From a virus (lineage: Duplodnaviria; Caudoviricetes): 53,486 nucleotides of DNA. The notes under the pieces were generated by a model. It was not told the DNA's origin. It saw only the letters and a list, made by a program, of their open reading frames with translations, and searched no databases. A program made the position numbers and the translations under genes. Below, one piece after another: positions 1-8,128 of this stretch. The stretch is taken from positions 1 through 53,486 of IMG/VR virus record IMGVR_UViG_3300025083_000041. One strand, 5' to 3'. Every line of letters starts with the position of its first letter. Position 1 is the stretch's first letter.

Positions 1-16
1 CATCAGGAGGTAACGA

Positions 17-1489
17 ATGATTAATCACAGAAAATACAAAATAAAAGAAGGAATATTGGGTAGCCTTAACAAAAGGTTTCGTGATGAGATGGACAACAAA
101 GAATTGTTCAGTGAAAAAGAGATTAATGGTATAATAGAAGAGATCATTAAGAACTCTATTCCTAGTGGTATATTAGAACCTTTCAATCCAGAAATAATAC
201 CTCAAGGAAAAAATAGTGCAGGAACAAAGGATCTTTATCACAACAAGAAGTATTATTTTGAGCATGCATTTCCTAAAGGATTTGCCGTTGGTTCTCAAGA
301 CACGATTAGTGGAGACGCTCTAGACGATATGTCAGAGTATCAAGGAGAATCAAGAAATGTTTTCCCTGAATTTCAATCAATTGACTTCATACACGATAAG
401 ATTCTATATGGACGTATAGACACTCATAATCGCCCTGTGTATCCTTCTAACAAGTTTCTTAGACTTGTACCCGGAACAGATGATGTACTGCTCTTAGATT
501 TCGTTTGTGAGGCTCTGACAGATATGTTAGATAAGATTAACAGGATGAAAGAGATAAAGAAATTAAAGAAAAAAAGCACATATTACTCATTTGTGGTAAA
601 AACCGGATGGACTGATAGTTTATCAGATCATCATAAGACAATGGAATCTATATTTCAAGGGTTTATAAAAAAGTATGCTAAGCAAGGCTCTAGTAAGATC
701 AAGAACTATAGAGACTATGTAAAGGAGTTTACTTTGTTTTTAGATGTGTTTTTACCTGTATTCCCGATGACAAGAAGCAATCTTCAGTTAAGACGTGCTG
801 CAAATCCAGCAATGAGTGGGCTAGTTTTTGAGATATCAACAGCAAAGCATGATGACGATAAAAAGAAGTATACTTCATATATCCTAGACGAACATTTTTT
901 GCAAATACAGAAAATTGCAAATGCATATGGATTCATGGTAGATAAAAATGCTCCATGGAGATTTGTTGCAGATTTAGAATCGCCGCAAATGCAGCATAGA
1001 ATGAACGAGAAAGGTTATAAAAACCTTCAAGATATGTTTGATAAGTGTTACTATCAAACTCATTTCTTTGAAATTAACGCACTTAAGAAGTATATGTTAT
1101 CTTTTTATGACAGTTACTTAAGTTCATTCCCATACTATACAGAGACAAAGATATGTGGACAAGGCTCTAAGTCCAAACTGACATATAGAAAGAAAAGAAC
1201 TGACACCGACTTTACGGACAGAAAACTGATAGAGTTATATTACTATATTAGGGCGAAAGAAGCAAAAAAAGAATGGAATCAAGAATACTTTGATCTGTCT
1301 GTCGAAGAGGCATATGAAGTATTTCAGCATTATGGATTGACAGAGTGCCTACATCATATTCACGACAAAACATGTTTGATCGTCGGTGATGGCGCAAATT
1401 ATGGAGTTCGAACCAAAAAAGAAGAAAATTATAGAATATTCTCCACTCATCAAACGTATAAGAATAGCACATTTACAATCAAATTATAG
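17..1489 (+). CDS. hypothetical phage protein (490 aa)
   Basis: Long ORF with AGGAGG RBS; no motif recognised. Confidence 0.7.
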   Translation: MINHRKYKIKEGILGSLNKRFRDEMDNKELFSEKEINGIIEEIIKNSIPSGILEPFNPEIIPQGKNSAGTKDLYHNKKYYFEHAFPKGFAVGSQDTISGDALDDMSEYQGESRNVFPEFQSIDFIHDKILYGRIDTHNRPVYPSNKFLRLVPGTDDVLLLDFVCEALTDMLDKINRMKEIKKLKKKSTYYSFVVKTGWTDSLSDHHKTMESIFQGFIKKYAKQGSSKIKNYRDYVKEFTLFLDVFLPVFPMTRSNLQLRRAANPAMSGLVFEISTAKHDDDKKKYTSYILDEHFLQIQKIANAYGFMVDKNAPWRFVADLESPQMQHRMNEKGYKNLQDMFDKCYYQTHFFEINALKKYMLSFYDSYLSSFPYYTETKICGQGSKSKLTYRKKRTDTDFTDRKLIELYYYIRAKEAKKEWNQEYFDLSVEEAYEVFQHYGLTECLHHIHDKTCLIVGDGANYGVRTKKEENYRIFSTHQTYKNSTFTIKL

Positions 1490-1497
1490 GAGAAAAT

Positions 1498-2679
1498 ATG
1501 CTATTCCAAACACTCGACGATAAATCAGAGTGTGTCGGTGTGTATTCCAATGGTGAACTTCATTTCAACGATATGCCGGAAGGCTTATCTAAGACTTGGG
1601 GTTACTCAAACTTTTTATATGGAATACCTATCGAGTATGCTCAACTTTACGTCAATGGGAAAAGCCTTAGTGATGTGTGCCCGTCTCATCTTTTAAAAGA
1701 TTGGGAAAGGATCACAAATAGACTTAAGGCTTTCATTCGTTCAAACCACTTAGCAAAAGTTAATCTAGTTGAAAATTGTTTTTTTGACTTGACACCCGAA
1801 AGATTTCTTAAGGAGTATTGCGATATCCGTAATCAAATTTGCAATTGGATATTCGACAAGTACGCCCGTCCAGAAAACTATGATCATTTGTTGCAAGTAC
1901 AGCAAGTATTATCAGATATCAAGTATCGAAAAGTCAATTTAGATACAAAAGTATTACAAGACTTCTGGACTGAACCAAAAGCAAAACTTCTTTACAAGAA
2001 ATTTACAAGTAGAGATGCATACTGTGACTATAACTTATTCGGCTCTAAGACGGGCAGGCTAAGCCTTTCAGGTGATTCGCTACCTCTAATGAACATGAAG
2101 AAAGAATACAGGGCTTGTATCAAGCCTAACAATGACTTCTTTATTGAGTTAGATTACAATGCAGCAGAGGCAAGAGTCGTACTTGCTCTACTCGGATTAG
2201 ATCAGCCAGACGAAGATATACACGACTATAACGCAAAAAACCTCTATCATAGTACTAGAGACGAAGCGAAGAAAAGATTCTTTGCTTGGTTGTATAATCC
2301 TAATTCAGACGATACAGTCTCTAGTGGGCAGTATGATAGAGATTTAATATTGGGCAGATATTATATATACGGTTCAGTTGAGAATATATTCAAAAGAAAA
2401 ATACAATGTGATGATTATCATGCTTTAAACTACCTTATTCAAAGTACATGTGCAGACTTGGTGCTAGAAAGAATGGTGGCGATCTATGAACTCTTGAAGG
2501 GCAGAAAGAGTTACATAGCGTTCACACTTCACGACAGCGTCATCTTGGACTTTGCTTCCGAAGATAAGGAACTTATAAAGCCGATTATTGAAGAATTCAG
2601 AAACACCAAATTGGGCAGATTTGTTGCTACTGTTTCAGCAGGAAAGGATTTATATAATTTAAATAAAATTAATATATAA
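1498..2679 (+). CDS. compact family A DNA polymerase (polymerase domain, no evident exonuclease domains)
   Basis: KTGRLS; motif A ELDYNAAEAR; DIH; motif B RDEAKKRFFAWLY; ALNYLIQSTCAD; motif C LHDS. Confidence 0.85.
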   Translation: MLFQTLDDKSECVGVYSNGELHFNDMPEGLSKTWGYSNFLYGIPIEYAQLYVNGKSLSDVCPSHLLKDWERITNRLKAFIRSNHLAKVNLVENCFFDLTPERFLKEYCDIRNQICNWIFDKYARPENYDHLLQVQQVLSDIKYRKVNLDTKVLQDFWTEPKAKLLYKKFTSRDAYCDYNLFGSKTGRLSLSGDSLPLMNMKKEYRACIKPNNDFFIELDYNAAEARVVLALLGLDQPDEDIHDYNAKNLYHSTRDEAKKRFFAWLYNPNSDDTVSSGQYDRDLILGRYYIYGSVENIFKRKIQCDDYHALNYLIQSTCADLVLERMVAIYELLKGRKSYIAFTLHDSVILDFASEDKELIKPIIEEFRNTKLGRFVATVSAGKDLYNLNKINI

Positions 2680-2780
2680 TATAATATTATATAAAATATA
2701 TTATAATAATAAAATAAAATGATTATAATATAATAATATTAAGTAAAATATATTATTAATAAACTAAAACAATTAGAAAT
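2650..2780. other. extremely AT-rich low-complexity tract (candidate origin/DUE or partition site)
   Basis: Almost no G/C over ~130 nt; TATAAT/TAATA repeats; spans the polA-like 3' end and the gap before the tubulin-like gene. Confidence 0.45.
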
Positions 2781-2798
2781 AAGGAGATTAAAACTAAA

Positions 2799-3638
2799 AT
2801 GAATATAATAGGATTAGGAAAAGCAGGATGTAAGATAGCAGAACTATTTAAAGAATATCCTCAGTATAAAGTCTTTTTACTAGACTCAGAGGATAAGTAT
2901 AAGAGAAAGAAGAATTGTTTTTATATACCCTCTCAGAAATCAGCAGAACTCTATGATGCAAATCCAATAGATTTAGCAAAACTCATAGGCTCGTTAGATG
3001 ACGATGAGGAAGTATATTTTATTGTCTGCGGTTCAGGAAAGGTATCTGCTTGTTCTCTTTGGATCTTGAAAGAACTTACAGAAAAGAAAATTAATATTGT
3101 ATATGTCAAGCCAGACTCATCTACACTAGACAAGAAATCAATAATGAGAAATAGAGCACATTTTCATATTCTTCAGGAGTATACTAGATCAGGTGTGTTT
3201 GAGAGAATGTTTATATTTAACAATAACTCTATGTCTGACATAGTTGGGAAGACATCTATTTTGAGTTTCTATCCTAAGATCAACAAACTACTTGCAACAT
3301 CAATACATTGGTATAACATATACATTAATTCAGATCCAGTGTTTGATACATTTAGAGATAAGTACATCAGTTCTAGAGTAGGAACCATTAGTATTGTAAA
3401 TATCGATGAATCTCAGGCTATAGATTGTTTTGAGATGAAAGATGTTAATCAAATTGAATATTTCTTTGGAGTCAATCGTATAAGAATAGAAGACGATGAA
3501 GAGTTGTTTGAAAAATTAACAAATATCTCTTCTTCAGAATCAGGAGATAAGTCAATTTCTTTTGGAGTGTATTCAACAGAACTAGAAGAAGGCTTTTCTT
3601 TTGCTTTGAAATCATCATCAAAAATTCAATCTGAATAA
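2799..3638 (+). CDS. divergent tubulin/FtsZ-like GTPase (PhuZ/TubZ-like)
   Basis: N-terminal IIGLGKAGCKIA (T1 loop); degenerate signature FIVCGSGKVS; F(N/D)N motif. Confidence 0.7.
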   Translation: MNIIGLGKAGCKIAELFKEYPQYKVFLLDSEDKYKRKKNCFYIPSQKSAELYDANPIDLAKLIGSLDDDEEVYFIVCGSGKVSACSLWILKELTEKKINIVYVKPDSSTLDKKSIMRNRAHFHILQEYTRSGVFERMFIFNNNSMSDIVGKTSILSFYPKINKLLATSIHWYNIYINSDPVFDTFRDKYISSRVGTISIVNIDESQAIDCFEMKDVNQIEYFFGVNRIRIEDDEELFEKLTNISSSESGDKSISFGVYSTELEEGFSFALKSSSKIQSE

Positions 3639-3686
3639 AATGAAGGCTTCAAACGTATATAATATGTCAACTAAACAGGAGATAAA

Positions 3687-3968
3687 ATGACAAACATAAA
3701 ATACTATCGTGGAACTTTTTCTAAATCAAATGGAGAAATTCGAACAATGTTCTTTGTTCGTTCCCAAGACTTGCCAACTACCTTTGTAGAAAGCAATACC
3801 AAAGGAACAGGCAAAACCCGTAACCTTAAAGAGGGACTGGAAACTGTCTGGGATCTTGAATCTAAGGGATGGCGTACATTCAATTGGCGCACAGCAAACA
3901 CAGAAGAAGTGGTTTCATTTGAATCAGATGAAAATATTCTTAACAATTTCAACAACTCAAATCAATAA
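3687..3968 (+). CDS. WYL_2/DUF2693-like SH3-fold protein
   Basis: FSKSNGEIRTM...VWDLESKGWRTF pattern. Confidence 0.7.
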   Translation: MTNIKYYRGTFSKSNGEIRTMFFVRSQDLPTTFVESNTKGTGKTRNLKEGLETVWDLESKGWRTFNWRTANTEEVVSFESDENILNNFNNSNQ

Positions 3969-3977
3969 GGAGATTCA

Positions 3978-4121
3978 ATGAGTAAAAAAACGTACAAAGG
4001 ACGTCCTGTAAAGGAATCCTACCAAACCGAAGAGCAAGGCTGGAGTGGAGATGATACCTATCACAAAGTTTCAGATGGAAAAGGTGGACACAAATATGTA
4101 GATGATAATGAATTAGATTAA
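3978..4121 (+). CDS. small hypothetical protein (47 aa, not in ORF track)
   Basis: AAGGAG RBS; MSKKTYKGRPVKESYQTEEQGWSGDD... Confidence 0.65.
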   Translation: MSKKTYKGRPVKESYQTEEQGWSGDDTYHKVSDGKGGHKYVDDNELD

Positions 4122-4230
4122 CAAAGTTTGAATAAAACAAGCAACTCAAACGTATAATACTATAGAGGGATAATAAATCAATTATCCCTACTTTAGACAA
4201 AAGTCAAAATTAACACAAAGGAGAAATATT

Positions 4231-4998
4231 ATGGCTATAGATTTTAACAAAATGAAACAAAAACTAAATGCATTGCAAGGAAACGGCAATGGAAACTCAA
4301 CCCAAAACGCATTTTGGAAACCACAAGACGGAGATCAAACGATTCGTATCGTATGTCCCGAAGATGGTGATCCGTTCAAGCAATTCTACTTTCATTATAA
4401 TGTAGGTAAGAATCCCGGATTTTTGTGTCCTAAGAAGATGCATGGCGATGATTGCCCTGTATGCAACTTTGCTTGGAGCACTTATAATGACGCAAAAAAG
4501 GCAGGTGATACTGAAACACTTAAGTTCTGTAAAACCTTGTTTGCAAAGGAACGCTTTTTCTCACCTGTAGTAGTACGAGGTGATGAAGAACAAGGCATCA
4601 AATTGTGGGGCTATGGTAAGACGGCTTATGGCGAATTGATTGGATTGGTAACAAATCCGGACTATGGGGATATCACTGATACCGATGGCGGTACTGATTT
4701 GACTATCAATTATGGTAAGCCTCCCGGAGCACAGTTCCCAGTAACTAAAATCACTCCACGTCGTCGTCCAAGTACATTGTCAGAATCTTCTGATGAGACG
4801 GTTCGAATCATGGACTCAATGCCTTCATTTGTAGATAACTTTAACTCAAAGACTACAGAAGAAATTGAAACAATGTTGTCAGAGTTCCTAAATGCAGAAG
4901 CAGGTTCTTCAACAATGGATAACTCTACTGGTACTACAAAGTATTCCAAATCAGAGTCTTCCGATGTAGATGCGGCTTTTAAAGAATTACTATCATAG
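4231..4998 (+). CDS. single-stranded DNA-binding protein, T4 gp32-like
   Basis: FWKP...IRIV; H...CP...CPVC Zn site; YGDITD...G.D; acidic tail ending DAAFKELLS. Confidence 0.85.
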   Translation: MAIDFNKMKQKLNALQGNGNGNSTQNAFWKPQDGDQTIRIVCPEDGDPFKQFYFHYNVGKNPGFLCPKKMHGDDCPVCNFAWSTYNDAKKAGDTETLKFCKTLFAKERFFSPVVVRGDEEQGIKLWGYGKTAYGELIGLVTNPDYGDITDTDGGTDLTINYGKPPGAQFPVTKITPRRRPSTLSESSDETVRIMDSMPSFVDNFNSKTTEEIETMLSEFLNAEAGSSTMDNSTGTTKYSKSESSDVDAAFKELLS

Positions 4999-5018
4999 AT
5001 TTATCTCCTATATTAGTA

Positions 5019-5048
5019 AGAGTTTGGTAGTTCTCTCCAAAAACTACC
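5019..5048 (+). ncRNA. candidate H-type pseudoknot copy 1 (3' of SSB gene)
   Basis: AGAG-TTT-GGTAGTT-CTCT-CCAAA-AACTACC. Confidence 0.55.
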
Positions 5049-5154
5049 CGTTTATTTTATCTCTCTTTGAGTGGTAAGTAACCGTTGATTTTCGTTCCGC
5101 AGGTAGGCATGGGGTTACAGATGCCTTATTTTAAATAAAAAAAAGGAGTTCAAA

Positions 5155-5316
5155 ATGGGAAAGAATGGTGGAAATAATTCAGGTGGTTCACGAGGATCAT
5201 CAGGTGGATCGCAAGGTTCATCAGGCGGAAGAGGACAAGGTAATGGCGGCGGATGGCCGAGCACTACTGGAAACCCTTCTGGAGGTGGCAGAAGTAACGC
5301 ACCTTCTAATCGATAA
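5155..5316 (+). CDS. Gly/Ser-rich micro-protein (53 aa, not in ORF track)
   Basis: AAGGAG RBS; MGKNGGNNSGGSRGSSGGSQGSSGGRGQGNGGGWPSTTGNPSGGGRSNAPSNR. Confidence 0.75.
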   Translation: MGKNGGNNSGGSRGSSGGSQGSSGGRGQGNGGGWPSTTGNPSGGGRSNAPSNR

Positions 5317-5329
5317 GATTTATTTGTCG

Positions 5330-5359
5330 AGAGTTTGACAGTTCTCTATAAAAACTGTC
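5330..5359 (+). ncRNA. candidate H-type pseudoknot copy 2 (3' of Gly-rich ORF)
   Basis: AGAG-TTT-GACAGTT-CTCT-ATAAA-AACTGTC followed by a T-run; two compensatory pair changes versus copy 1. Confidence 0.55.
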
Positions 5360-5417
5360 TTTTTAATTGAATAAAACAACATGCTCAAACGTATAAAGTA
5401 TAACAAAGGAAACTAAA

Positions 5418-6566
5418 ATGGCTCGCAAGAAGAATTTAAAATCTAGCACTAGTGCTGGTAAATTATCTTTCAAAGATAAATTGAAGATGATTAATAAGTT
5501 AGCAGGTGGCTCTGTAGCACACGATTTAACTCAAGAGAATCCAACTGATGTGTATGATTGGATTCCTACAGGCTCTACTTGGCTAGACTCTATTATATGT
5601 AGAGGAAAAAAAGCAGGAATTCCAATTGGAAGGATTTCTGAATTAGCAGGACTTAGTGGTACTGGAAAGTCTTATATGGCTGCTCAGATATCTGGAAATG
5701 CTCAAAAGAAAGGTTATAATGTTTATTATTTCGACTCTGAGTCGGCAATTAGTTCTGATTTCTTGGAAGAATGTGGATGTCTATTAGACACAGAAGGTGT
5801 TGAAGATTATGGAGATTTCATATATATTCAGGCTCAGAATGTTGAGTTCGTTCTAGAAACAATTGAGACGATCTTGACATCGGGAGAAGAAAACAATCTA
5901 TTCGTGTGGGATAGTTTGGCTCTTACCCCGGCTATCGCTGACTTAGAAGGCGATTTTAACCCACAGAGTACTATGGCAGTTAAGCCACGTATTCTGTCTA
6001 AAGGATTGGCTAAATTACTTCAGCCAATTTCGAACTCCAACTCCGCATTGTTGGTACTAAACCAGTTGAAAGACAATATCACACGTAGCCCTTCAGAAGC
6101 AATGACTACGCCTTACTTTACTCCCGGTGGAAAAGCATTGATATATTCATATTCCCTCCGAATTTGGTTAACAGGGAGAAAAGCAAAAGCATCATTTGTT
6201 ACTGATGATAAAGGATATAGAATCGGTTCCGAAGTTAAGTGTAAGTTAGAGAAATCTCGCTTTGGAACACATGGAAGAATGTGTAACTTCAAGATTCTAT
6301 GGGGTGACGAAGTAGGTATACAAGATGAAGAATCTTGGTTTGATGCAATCGCATCATCAGAATGTATCAACAATAGCGGTGCTTGGTTTACTTTAAAGAA
6401 GAACGGATATGAAAAGAAGTTTCAAAAATCAAAGTTTGCCGACATAGTTCGAGAAGATGAAGAATTTAAAAGAATTGTATTAGAGATTATTGATGAAGAA
6501 GTCATCATGAAATTTGATAAAAGATTGGGCGAGGCATCCCAGTACTACGAAGATAACGAAACGTAG
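5418..6566 (+). CDS. recA: RecA/UvsX-like recombinase
   Basis: IPTGS.WLD; Walker A GLSGTGKS; VWDS; LNQL; TPGGKAL. Confidence 0.92.
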   Translation: MARKKNLKSSTSAGKLSFKDKLKMINKLAGGSVAHDLTQENPTDVYDWIPTGSTWLDSIICRGKKAGIPIGRISELAGLSGTGKSYMAAQISGNAQKKGYNVYYFDSESAISSDFLEECGCLLDTEGVEDYGDFIYIQAQNVEFVLETIETILTSGEENNLFVWDSLALTPAIADLEGDFNPQSTMAVKPRILSKGLAKLLQPISNSNSALLVLNQLKDNITRSPSEAMTTPYFTPGGKALIYSYSLRIWLTGRKAKASFVTDDKGYRIGSEVKCKLEKSRFGTHGRMCNFKILWGDEVGIQDEESWFDAIASSECINNSGAWFTLKKNGYEKKFQKSKFADIVREDEEFKRIVLEIIDEEVIMKFDKRLGEASQYYEDNET

Positions 6567-6608
6567 AACGTAGTACGAAATGACTCCTTTGTTAATTGTA
6601 TGTTGTGG

Positions 6609-6643
6609 CTCCCTATCATTAATTTGGTAGGGAGTTTTTTTTT
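6609..6643 (+). terminator. intrinsic terminator after recA
   Basis: CTCCCTATCA-ttaatt-TGGTAGGGAG followed by T9. Confidence 0.85.
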
Positions 6644-6644
6644 G

Positions 6645-6655
6645 TGACTATTTAT
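6645..6655 (+). promoter_or_regulatory. candidate late promoter TGACTATTTAT (copy 1)
   Basis: Identical 11-mer at 14122; both precede MKVxKSYI..L.KEEL genes that lack the TGAATA promoter. Confidence 0.5.
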
Positions 6656-6676
6656 ATCAAACAGGAGAATATAGCA

Positions 6677-7045
6677 ATGAAAGTTTCAAAATCATACATT
6701 AGGCAATTAGTAAAAGAAGAATTAAACGAGTCTAGACTCAGAAGACATATGATGCAAAAGAAATCTGCTCCACAAATTTCCCCAAGAGAAGTTCAAAAAA
6801 TAATTAACCACCCCTTCATGGGGCACTATTTAGACGCTCACTTTGGAGGAATGAGTCATGATTGGCGTAATGCTCCTGAAGGTTCTGGAATTACACAGAA
6901 CGATCTTAGTGAAAAAGAGTTGTTTTATATGATTCAAAGCAAACTAGCAGACGGCAATAGAGAACTAGCCATCGCCGTTGTTAAAAAGATGATGGAAGAT
7001 GGAACTTTGGGCGAAGAGTTTCTTTTAGCAGTCGGAATTAGATAA
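6677..7045 (+). CDS. hypothetical protein with MKVSKSYIRQLVKEEL N-terminal motif (possible virion-internal protein)
   Basis: AGGAG RBS before ATG 6677; N-terminus shared with 14165. Confidence 0.7.
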   Translation: MKVSKSYIRQLVKEELNESRLRRHMMQKKSAPQISPREVQKIINHPFMGHYLDAHFGGMSHDWRNAPEGSGITQNDLSEKELFYMIQSKLADGNRELAIAVVKKMMEDGTLGEEFLLAVGIR

Positions 7046-7112
7046 TTTAAACTTTTTACTTAATATGTGAATAAGACTACCCCCTCAAACGTATAATAGA
7101 TACGGAGGGAAT

Positions 7113-8081
7113 ATGAGAAAAATTTTAATTATTGATGCACTTAATATGTTTTTTAGGTGCTATGCAAGGGATCCAAGTATTAGTATACAGGGTAACCCTG
7201 CAGGTGGTTGTATTGGCTTTTTAAAGTCTTTACAGAAGTCTATTAGGCTAACTAAGCCTGATGATGTGGTAATCGTTTGGGACGGAAGCGGTGGCTCTAG
7301 AAAGAGACGCCAAATCAATGCTAACTACAAAGCAGGAAGAAAGGTAGTTCGGTTACCAAAAGATATGGGATACGACTTCTCTTTGCAAGAAGAGAAAAAC
7401 AATAAGGTATGGCAGCAATCTAGATTGTTAGAATACCTAGAACATCTTCCAATTTGCCAATTCATGTTTGAGGATATTGAAGCGGATGATATCATCTCAG
7501 CAATTGTTCAGGCTAAAGGAGTTGCTCAAGATCAGAAGATCATTTTATCTAATGATAAAGACTTTATGCAGTTGTGTGATGAGAGAACTATCTTGATGCG
7601 TCCTGCAAAAAAGCCATGGGAAGTATTGAATACGAACCGAATATTGGAGGATCTTAAGATACATCCAAAGAACATGGCACTAGCCAGAGCAATGGTTGGC
7701 GATGCATCTGATAATCTTCCGGGTGTACCGGGAATTGGGTTTGGAAGGGTAGTTAAATTCTTTCCTTTCTTGTCAGAAGACGAAGAATATAGTGCTCAAG
7801 ATCTATTTAAGGTTACCAACGATCTCTTAAAAGAAAAGAAAAGTAAGTACCTAGAAGCAGTTCTAGAACATAAAGATGTTATTGATGAAAATTATAAAAT
7901 CATGCAACTTTACCAACCTTCAGTTTCTTATCAAAGACGACAAATGGTTGAAAATTGCTTGGTGGATAGAGACAAACACTTCAATCTAACAGGCTTTAAA
8001 CTAATGCTATCAGAAGACGGATTCATGTCACTCAAGTGGGAAGTACTTGAACAGACAATGAGGAGAATAATTTCTGAATAA
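7113..8081 (+). CDS. 5'-3' exonuclease / flap endonuclease (PolA N-terminal or T4 RNase H-like)
   Basis: LIIDALN; VWDG; YKAGR; EADDII; SNDKDF; GDASDNLPGVPGIG. Confidence 0.93.
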   Translation: MRKILIIDALNMFFRCYARDPSISIQGNPAGGCIGFLKSLQKSIRLTKPDDVVIVWDGSGGSRKRRQINANYKAGRKVVRLPKDMGYDFSLQEEKNNKVWQQSRLLEYLEHLPICQFMFEDIEADDIISAIVQAKGVAQDQKIILSNDKDFMQLCDERTILMRPAKKPWEVLNTNRILEDLKIHPKNMALARAMVGDASDNLPGVPGIGFGRVVKFFPFLSEDEEYSAQDLFKVTNDLLKEKKSKYLEAVLEHKDVIDENYKIMQLYQPSVSYQRRQMVENCLVDRDKHFNLTGFKLMLSEDGFMSLKWEVLEQTMRRIISE

Positions 8082-8128
8082 AACAAACAACATAAACGTA
8101 TAGATTATACAACAAACAAGGAGGGTTA

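Noticed and set aside
5019-5359. preQ1-I riboswitch call
   Set aside because: The outline is similar, but the loop carrying the ligand-pairing C is absent, the elements follow stop codons and no queuosine genes are nearby.
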